Of a stretch of DNA of 64,000 bases, positions 60,701-64,000 are shown piece by piece. The translations under genes were made by a program, and so were the position numbers. The stretch is taken from assembly GCA_965644265.1 (NCBI GenBank), contig OZ286469.1:39866001-39930000 (forward strand), written 5' to 3'. Source of the DNA: Glycera tridactyla. Lineage: Eukaryota. How positions within the stretch are numbered: the first letter of the stretch is position 1; every line of letters starts with the position of its first letter. Under the pieces are notes generated by a model. The model was not told the origin of the DNA. It saw nothing but the letters and a program-made list of their open reading frames with translations, and ran no database searches.

Positions 60701-63549
60701 GAACATCTATCCAGCCGAATTTGTGTTCTCAGTGATTATCATCACTGTAAGCGTCAAAGATCTCGTCATAATGCCTATCTTGATTTTGCCTACAGGTGTA
60801 TGTAGTTGTGACTCGGGCTGGGCGGGCGACGACTGCTCCATCTCAGAGACTGAGCCTCCCACACTCAACCGGCTGGAGAACAGTGGTTTGTGTAGTACAG
60901 AGTCTGGAGACTGCCTCGAGATGCTCGTCTATGGTTCTGGCTTCCTCAATTCTGAAGAACTGACCTGTCACCTACAGCCTGCTAATGTAAGTCTGCTATC
61001 TATAGAGTCCGGTACACACTCACACTTTCTATCACACATGCGGGCGCACACACACTCTCACACACATGCACACTTTCACACACAAACACATACACACATA
61101 ATCCCACACAGGCACGCACACACCACAGCCACCATCACCAGCTTTGCTTTTCTCTGTGTCATGATCGAGATGCATGCCACTTGAGATCTTCTTGTAGGTG
61201 AAGTAGGATTGAAGATAGATTTGCATGAAAGATTGATTACTCGAGTTCATCGATCAGTCTCTTGGTTGTTTCTTGAGGAAGCTGATAGCTGTATGTGTGT
61301 ATTTACATGTGTAACTGCCAATCATTTGGATTTTCCATTAGGAATGGAAATTTTTGAAAGTTTTTTTCCCCTCATCAGTATTCAGGAAGGAAATTATTTT
61401 GAAATTATTTCTTTGTCCCCTCATCAGTGTTCTTCACAACTGATGGTAGGGAATGTGGCGGAATTTCACTTAATTACATCCTTACTTACACACAATGAGC
61501 TTTTGAGTTGTTAATGGCAAATATTCAGGATGGAAATTATTTTGAAAGTATTTCATAAACATTCAATGTGAAAATTCCATGGGATTGCCGCATGCAAGTA
61601 TTTCATGAATTCAACACTGATAACTGGTTCTAATTTCCCTGCAAGTTGGTAGAGTCGTTGTGAGGGTATGTCTGCTTTGTCTGGATCATTTACATAGATT
61701 TTCATCTTTCTTCTAGGTTGGCTTGGATACGTCAATCACGGGTACCGCCTACACGACTTCCGGTTTGTTTTTGACGACCAGTCAGATCCACTGCCCGGTG
61801 AACACGGCCACTCCGCACTATGTATCAGTCAGTAATGACGGTAGCACTATCAGCGAATTCAGCCTGCTCTTCGTGCCCTACTCACCAAGCTGCCTCACCT
61901 GTACTGCCAATGCCAACTCCACCGAGGCCCAGTGTCTCACTGCCGTAAGTAACATTGCAGATCTATCAATCTACTGATTTGCATCAACTGGGTTTCAAAG
62001 GCACTATTTGAGCAGATTGCAAGCAGAAATGCCATTGGATACTTGAAAGAAATTGGACTCTTTCGAAAGATGTGAATCGTGGACATCTTCATCTAGTGAT
62101 GCTGAATGCATCATGAAAGATCGGCTGTGTGAGTTAGTTTCTATACTGCACTCATGTAGAAGATACACCCTGTTATTTCACAGAGTAGTGGGAGTTCCCC
62201 AGCAAGAGTGTTCTAGAGTATAGAACTTTCCCATGAAGAAAAAATGTTTAGAATCGTCCATAACTTCAATCTCGAATGATACTGCATGGGTTGAAGAAAA
62301 AGAAAGAGAGAATGGGTAATAGAGAGGTTTATTAGACTCAGCTTTTTTGGCACAAATCATAATCACATTCGAAAAAAACAAATAATCACATTCAAAGATT
62401 TCTGTCTGAATAAGGTGTTGAAATATTTCATGATGTGTTGCAGTATGGTGGTTGTGTGATCGATAACGTTTGTTATGTTATGGGAGAGACGATGGAGGGC
62501 AATGCATGCTTTGTGTGTGATCCAGCACAGAACGAGTACGGCTGGACTTATGATGACTCAGGTGAGTGCTTTGTATACCTCCCCAATCTCTCCTAGATTC
62601 TGGAGAATTTGCTGTTGGTTTCTTCTTTATTTCTTTTTTTTTCTTACAAAATTCCCCCTCTGGCAGTGGAGTTAGCCAAATGTTCGTCCAATGAGAGAGG
62701 ATGTCAGATCTGTTGGTTTCTATTTCTTTTTTCTTTTTTTCTTTTTTTTACAAAATTGCCCTTCTGGCGGTGGAGTTAGGCAAATGTTCGTCCAATGAGA
62801 GAGGATGTCAGATTTGAGACGAATCTGCTTACTTGTGAACGTTATATAGTTTTTCATATGTTTGAGAGAGTTGATTGGGCAAATTTTCCAAAATGTGCAT
62901 TGGTGGCAAAGTGTCAAACATTAGCAGGAAGATTGNNNNNNNNNNNNNNNNNNNNNNNNNNNNNNNNNNNNNNNNNNNNNNNNNNNNNNNNNNNNNNNNN
63001 NNNNNNNNNNNNNNNNNNNNNNNNNNNNNNNNNNNNNNNNNNNNNNNNNNNNNNNNNNNNNNNNNNNNNNACCACCAATAGTAGTGACAAATGTAATAGT
63101 ATCATTTGTAGCTGCAGCAGCATCGTCAGTAGCAGCAACAACACCCTTTGGCTCAGTAGCCTCATGCTCTATGGTATCCCATGACCATCATCGACACATT
63201 GCCATCAGTTTTCCAACCACCACCTTCATCACTACCTCATAATCATCACCGCAACTACCATCACCGACCTTACCACCACCACCACCACCACCAATTTAGA
63301 GCTGGCACAGCTTAATCCATGGCTCTCATTGATACTGTGATTCTTACTGACATTGATATGATGAGCGAAATTGACTTATGAAGTCATTGATATGCCTTTG
63401 TTCTTTGCAGACTCATCTTGTGCGAGTACGGCTGAATCTACATCACTGAGTAGCGACATCACGTGGGGTGTGGTGGGTGTTGCAATACTCATCGGTGTCC
63501 TACTCATCATGCTCACTGCATGCTTGTGTTATGAACGAGTGAATCGAAC
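1..63549 (+). CDS. VWDE: Giant VWDE-like type I membrane protein with tandem LamG-VWD-EGF-IPT modules; partial at both ends; 83 exons and about 5,290 aa inside the window
   Basis: Exons were joined by hand at canonical AG/GT sites; phases match throughout and no stops were found. Motifs match the VWDE family: CxxxGDPHxxTYD, EGEFILYRH, ACxCAVAAxxGDDVI, GLCGTYDG...F...SWR, WPTPTGITE, CxNDCSGHGTC..G.C.CD.GW..GDC, Y.I..SNDG..FS and C.IDG.CY..G..NP. A hydrophobic helix lies at the 3' end. The symbol means VWDE-like; one-to-one orthology is not shown. Confidence 0.9.
1400..1814 (+). repeat. Intronic simple repeats: (GATT)n tracts, a degenerate ~135-bp duplication and (GAT)23
   Basis: tacttcttgctatct.ttat.atgttaatgatga occurs twice; the GAT run spans 1746-1814. 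Confidence 0.85.
4170..4793 (+). CDS. LamG-like / ConA-like lectin-glucanase domain exon (module 1)
   Basis: WLYVAAVYDYNTGTMSVSVDG...LYLGG....FSGSLSCVRIYNRPLSTAEI fits the Laminin_G_3/pentraxin-like pattern. Single exon, phase 1 at both ends. Confidence 0.85.
4170..14128 (+). CDS. Module 1: LamG-like + VWDE module (1,023 aa)
   Basis: Exons 4170-4793 (LamG), 5123-5152, 5817-6073, 6596-6682, 7107-7526, 8033-8109 (GDPH), 8594-8657, 8994-9185, 9621-9832, 10192-10447, 10974-11123, 11883-12063, 12312-12496, 13108-13329, 14017-14128. Confidence 0.88.
6245..6372. mobile_element. MITE-like element, AGGCTGTTCAGTT-TIR family, copy 1
   Basis: aggctgttcactt ... aactgaacagcct; 128 bp. Confidence 0.55.
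11639..11770. mobile_element. MITE-like element, AGGCTGTTCAGTT-TIR family, copy 2
   Basis: aggctgtccagtt ... aactgaacagcct; 132 bp. Confidence 0.62.
12118..12256. other. N-run of 139 nt (gap or masked simple repeat)
   Basis: Flanked by GAT/GCT low-complexity sequence; the paralogous position in module 0 holds (GAT)23. Confidence 0.9.
13700..13880 (-). mobile_element. Decayed non-LTR retrotransposon RT fragment
   Basis: HNGMMLY..., then (frameshifted) GIRGYMHSWMDCCFSDNRQ...IEEGV. This resembles the HxGLLxKL...GIRG..W...FLSDR.Q...ExGVPQG segment of LINE RT with near-correct spacing. Confidence 0.5.
14434..15060 (+). CDS. LamG-like domain exon (module 2)
   Basis: FVVAMYDGTTGEMSLSVD...LYVGD...GTISCVQLFAKVHTSEEI; paralogue of 4170-4793. 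Confidence 0.82.
14434..23768 (+). CDS. Module 2: LamG-like + VWDE module (1,025 aa)
   Basis: Exons 14434-15060, 15513-15539, 15963-16222, 16634-16720, 17358-17783, 18567-18643, 18970-19033, 19536-19727, 20216-20427, 20600-20858, 21385-21531, 21651-21831, 22412-22593, 22857-23078, 23657-23768. Confidence 0.9.
19162..19444 (+). mobile_element. SINE-like retroposon with (CAAA)n tail, longest copy
   Basis: Flanked by a 12-bp direct repeat ACTCGATGTTGG (19150-19161, 19445-19456). The body gcaggggagagaacatctagctttc...gggttgatacat.cc.ttaaacctcaaacaaacaaac is shared with five other copies. Confidence 0.75.
24601..25227 (+). CDS. LamG-like domain exon (module 3)
   Basis: Paralogue of 14434-15060 with the same 627-nt length. 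Confidence 0.82.
24601..34708 (+). CDS. Module 3: LamG-like + VWDE module (1,025 aa)
   Basis: Exons 24601-25227, 25609-25635, 25913-26172, 26606-26692, 27453-27878, 28540-28616, 29364-29427, 29974-30165, 30568-30779, 31232-31490, 31963-32109, 32233-32413, 33214-33395, 33995-34216, 34597-34708. Every exon length equals its module 2 counterpart. Confidence 0.9.
28149..28285. mobile_element. MITE-like element, AGGCTGTTCAGTT-TIR family, copy 3 (inverted relative to copy 2)
   Basis: aggctgttcagtt ... aactgtacagcct; the reverse complement shares ctgacacactca and ga.atattt with copy 2. Confidence 0.62.
29229..29329 (+). mobile_element. 5'-truncated copy of the same SINE-like family
   Basis: Same 3' body and tail; flanked by CTCA(T/C)ATGTGCA (29217-29228, 29330-29341; 11/12 match). 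Confidence 0.72.
30358..30401 (-). mobile_element. 3' stub of the SINE-like family in reverse orientation
   Basis: (TTTG)n-aggtttaacggcatgtatcaaccc is the reverse complement of the family tail. Confidence 0.7.
33613..33723 (+). repeat. (CTGT)n/(CTGA)n microsatellite
   Basis: Directly visible. Confidence 0.9.
35019..35645 (+). CDS. LamG-like domain exon (module 4)
   Basis: Paralogue of 14434-15060 with the same 627-nt length. Confidence 0.82.
35019..44590 (+). CDS. Module 4: LamG-like + VWDE module; the final CxIDGxCY exon is absent and a 31-nt exon follows instead
   Basis: Exons 35019-35645, 36204-36230, 36609-36868, 37235-37321, 37763-38182, 38731-38807, 39204-39267, 39782-39973, 40910-41121, 41721-41976, 42438-42584, 42910-43090, 43652-43836, 44369-44590. 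Confidence 0.88.
42151..42297. repeat. Possible small MITE
   Basis: 9-bp terminal inverted repeat aataggggt/acccctatt; only one copy seen. Confidence 0.3.
44035..44172. other. N-run of 138 nt
   Basis: Flanked by (TGTC)n and (TCCA)n tracts. Confidence 0.9.
45150..62561 (+). CDS. Divergent terminal VWDE module: no LamG; RRRR site, WPTPTG motif, RGDS, EGF, IPT-like domain
   Basis: Exons 45150-45180, 45439-45671, 46293-46391, 52488-52707, 53813-53997, 54606-54682, 55043-55106, 55912-56133, 56704-56827, 57139-57244, 57656-57804, 58545-58696, 59230-59385, 59970-60165, 60796-60986, 61717-61944, 62444-62561. Phases are consistent across the DIRS-containing intron. Confidence 0.82.
46753..46876 (-). 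repeat. DIRS right ITR plus ~52-nt right extension
   Basis: 46805-46876 is inverted relative to the left ITR; 46753-46839 is a perfect 87-nt inverted match to the ICR at 46937-47023. Confidence 0.93.
46937..47054 (-). repeat. DIRS internal complementary region (ICR)
   Basis: 87 nt are complementary to the right end and 35 nt (47020-47054) to the left end (52049-52083). The two parts overlap on ATTA/TAAT, giving a circle-junction copy. Confidence 0.95.
47253..48365 (-). CDS. DIRS ORF3, tyrosine recombinase (370 aa from the first ATG; reading frame open to at least 48449), overlapping the 3' end of ORF2
   Basis: Catalytic set visible: R in TGQRCQ, HSTR (HxxR), W in SAGWS and Y in FARHY. Confidence 0.93.
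   Translation of the reverse strand: MVFPNGATADQISNSSTEPQTAVNPSFQTNSSTSTLPTAASVGSISFKSTLRTLGISERVSSTILQSWSPTTIIQYATYVRKWAAYSKERSANPLHPLVKLLMDFLQGMVDTGLSYSTINTAKSAVQALWSCAGHEKLDSPLLKRFMLGAAEIRPSESRYRDTWDPDVVLHYIKNLPPNESLPFKILTMKLAMLAALVTGQRCQTLHALSINQLRLSDDCACFIVTDRLKNKKASAPPLIVHFPKYEDSRICVLSCVKCYIEKSKSLRRPDEDKLFIITQKPFTKASKDTIRRWIKSIMNHAGIDMDKYKVHSTRAASTSKAANSLSLLSIMKSAGWSGRSTFARHYHRPIVQHGEFAQAVLNPTTFTHR
48068..50098 (-). CDS. DIRS ORF2: reverse transcriptase + RNase H + Dam-like N6-adenine methyltransferase (676 aa)
   Basis: RT motifs IDLKDAY, PQGLSSSPRNFTK and YLDDILI. RNase H motifs FTDASNTGWGA, HINAKELLAV, HSDNTT and NVVADKESR. Methylase motifs IDLFASRLN and YMFPPF. Confidence 0.95.
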   Translation of the reverse strand: MNSFCAASLPLFYIEWTKITSDPVILNYVLYGIDIEFWNWPQQTSKPVTVLDVNMSQIMDKQVSDLYHDGVLEITEPEPYDFYSRVFLRAKKDGTKFRMIINLKCIKEQIVYRHFKMTTFETCVGMMRSGYFMGSIDLKDAYFTVKVQDQFQKFLKFIWKGVHYKFVGMPQGLSSSPRNFTKILKPIISFLQSKGISACAYLDDILIMSPSESECNENIFETVCLFTKLGFHINYKKSQLVPTQCLEHLGLRLNTRKMKVYLTEKRKFTILIRAHPLLFEIPTIRQVMSFLGTCESSKLAVSHAYMYKHQVEMEKNQALRYSKGDLESKMGLSHKALQDVVWWTTLAHTCPKPVIPPPVLIHVFTDASNTGWGAHYDNQSTGGHWSSEEQLLHINAKELLAVKLALMTFFSTTHDTHIQIHSDNTTVVAHINDMGGCRSMILNDLAKEIWSWAHYLRIWLSAVFIPGVFNVVADKESRCMNERTEWKLETKIFLWICEVFNANPTIDLFASRLNYQIQKFVSWKPDPLACGTDAFTLSWSNNLYYMFPPFCILNRVIQKIEEEGVSTIMVVPFWTTQPWFSQMVRLLTKYPILLPNRRQLLTLPFKPTAVHPLYPQLRLLAVYLSSQPSEHSVFLKELAQLSCNHGVQPLSYNMQLMLGNGQHIQKKDLQIPFIHW
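50119..51687 (-). CDS. DIRS ORF1, Gag-like protein (522 aa from the first ATG)
   Basis: First ATG in good context (gtcaacATGg). Conserved DIRS gag block RSDMRLQRIQ...ERKYLLRPFLNPEFRGLC...LFGDKL. Basic R/S/D/H-rich N-terminus and RG/Q-rich C-terminus. Confidence 0.88.
   Translation of the reverse strand: MDDNHSSQNVMPRLSPVRTGHLSTMNDKDMTNRDDRMSGRHDREDRRETSKRKRSESQHRPRSVDKQHGGGKRSKSYHGSKHRSDDHHSTSKSHRDRDKDGARRSRSQHRTSHSKSSGEKALEAVTGMQNQMSTLQDQLTQLTNAVMSNRSGRDTVDNTSNLPPIRNTVPTATITRPIHEVSSAEEGEIDQDADVDELDENEVSHAMLVGDPDSNDDLFDVSSVKATASQNIQDDDNYDLADELNNLFQLEAARGEDIDEKLTKSLLGMFQKPLVKSQLDKLLESLKSPGNLGNMLDSERTNEEIWGNVPRPSQRSDMRLQRIQMLILKGIIIQLELQKEAKRMKGPMAKIALASVKNSLALAVSANEELVVERKYLLRPFLNPEFRGLCARPDDYNPMLQKHLFGDKLNDKVTSIAASKAITKRISKSGSYQQSNFQYHSRGKQQQKSFLGQDFYPNRRGRGSAPKGRFRGARNRRGQRGQQYQYQGYQHYQQFSQQPQMSTQYQPGMMMPVQNVPQQGKN
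52015..52083 (-). repeat. DIRS left ITR
   Basis: Reverse complement of 46805-46876; 39 nt are identical, with three small differences toward the terminus. Confidence 0.93.
52278..52378 (+). mobile_element. Diverged copy of the SINE-like family
   Basis: gggtttatgagtgatgcctgcggg...ctttcat...cagga...ggttgatacatgccatttaa aligns with the family body. Confidence 0.55.
53367..53516 (+). mobile_element. SINE-like family copy with (CAAA)n tail
   Basis: tttcaggttcccc...gtgagagtgatgtctgcaggggagagaaca...gccgttaaacctcaaacaaacaaacaaacaaac. Confidence 0.72.
54808..54981 (+). mobile_element. SINE-like family copy
   Basis: gagttgtcagctactcccacttaacaacctttcagg... aligns with 19268-19440. Confidence 0.68.
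55662..55783. repeat. Fold-back element with 22-bp imperfect arms
   Basis: tcggcttcttcacgattgtagc ... gctacaatcgtcactgagccga; the spacer has three copies of attgtcga. Confidence 0.5.
58207..58367. other. N-run of 161 nt
   Basis: Flanked by (GACA)n tracts. Confidence 0.9.
58713..58928 (+). mobile_element. Fragment of an I-group (Nimb/I-like) LINE ORF2 C-terminus
   Basis: Translates EIVLSCLRIGHNNLT...PPQCIPCHCQLTFEHIHLKCVDF, i.e. xLRIGH followed by a CX2CX7HX4C zinc knuckle, typical of I-group LINE ORF2 ends. Intronic. Confidence 0.75.
59533..59692. repeat. Palindromic (fold-back) MITE-like element
   Basis: Terminal tatatgcc/ggcatata plus inner arms ccatccacagttttatgtgcc / ggcacataaagttgtggaaggg. 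Confidence 0.5.
62612..62813 (+). repeat. ~100-bp tandem duplication in an intron
   Basis: 62612-62709 and 62710-62813 both read ctgttggtttc...acaaaatt...tggc.gtggagttag.caaatgttcgtccaatgagagaggatgtcagat. Confidence 0.85.
62936..63070. other. N-run of 135 nt
   Basis: Followed by ACC/AGC low-complexity sequence. Confidence 0.9.
63411..63549 (+). CDS. Transmembrane exon of the VWDE-like gene
   Basis: Acceptor ttctttgcag, donor gtaagt. Encodes DSSCASTAESTSLSSD-ITWGVVGVAILIGVLLIMLTACLCY-ERVNRT. In phase with the exon at 62444-62561. Confidence 0.85.
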
Positions 63550-63590
63550 GTAAGTTACGCTCATTCTTCTCCCCTATTCCAAACAAAATC

Positions 63591-63770
63591 CAGTTGAACC
63601 TGTCTAACAAGAGCACCTTCGGTTGCCACAAAAAGTAGCCTTTGTGAAGCGGTGGTTTCTAAAGAGAGGTCATTTACAGTAGAAAATATACTCTCTCGGT
63701 CACAGTATATGGTGGCCTTTGTAGACTGGTCGCCTTTATACAGAGGTGTACTCTTGAGCAGGTTTGACTG
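63591..63770. mobile_element. Tc1/mariner-pogo-type MITE
   Basis: Imperfect ~27-bp TIRs cagttgaacctgtctaacaagagcacc / ggtgtactcttgagcaggtttgactg, followed by TA on the right; internal gtggcctttgtagactggtcgcctttatacagaggt. Confidence 0.65.
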
Positions 63771-64000
63771 TAATAAATACCTCAAATGAATGCCCCTTCC
63801 ACTTGACAACCTTTCAAGAATTATAGTCATTTCTACAGGTGTGGTGCATACAAGTTTCAGGTCATCAATAGTTCGTATATCAGGGTCACACTTCATTAAC
63901 AATGCCTTTAATTGAAGCATTGATATACAACCTCACTCACTCATCAGTTTATCGACTATATCAGTCAATCAACTCAAATAGTATGGTTAACAATTCTTTA

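Noticed and set aside
12118-63070. N-runs as hidden exons
   Set aside because: The exon chain is complete and in phase without them, and all four are flanked by simple repeats.
63561-63920. 119-aa minus-strand ORF
   Set aside because: It spans a Tc1/mariner-type MITE (63591-63770) and has no recognisable domain or splice context.

Overview
Animal genomic DNA (AT-rich introns, probably a marine invertebrate; the species cannot be fixed from sequence alone). Almost the whole window is one + strand multi-exon gene that runs off both ends. I traced 83 GT-AG exons (15,881 coding nt, about 5,290 codons) with consistent phases and no stop codon. The product is a giant, acidic, VWDE-like (von Willebrand factor D and EGF domain) protein built from tandem ~1,025-aa modules. 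Each module reads: LamG-like/ConA domain, micro-exon linker, two Ig-like segments, VWD with GDPH, Cys-rich and helical linker, EGF, IPT/TIG-like domain, CxIDGxCY motif. The window holds one partial and four near-complete internal modules, then a divergent terminal module with no LamG, carrying an RRRR furin-type site and RGDS, and finally a transmembrane helix. One intron (46392-52487) contains a complete, apparently very young DIRS1-type tyrosine-recombinase retrotransposon in antisense orientation (46753-52083). It has intact gag, RT/RNaseH/methylase and YR ORFs, unequal ITRs, a perfectly matching internal complementary region and a TAAT recombination core. Other introns carry a (CAAA)n-tailed SINE-like family with target-site duplications, decayed I-group LINE fragments, several MITE-like elements, microsatellites and four N-runs. 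Exons of paralogous modules are far more similar than their introns, in a mosaic pattern that suggests exon-focused gene conversion.
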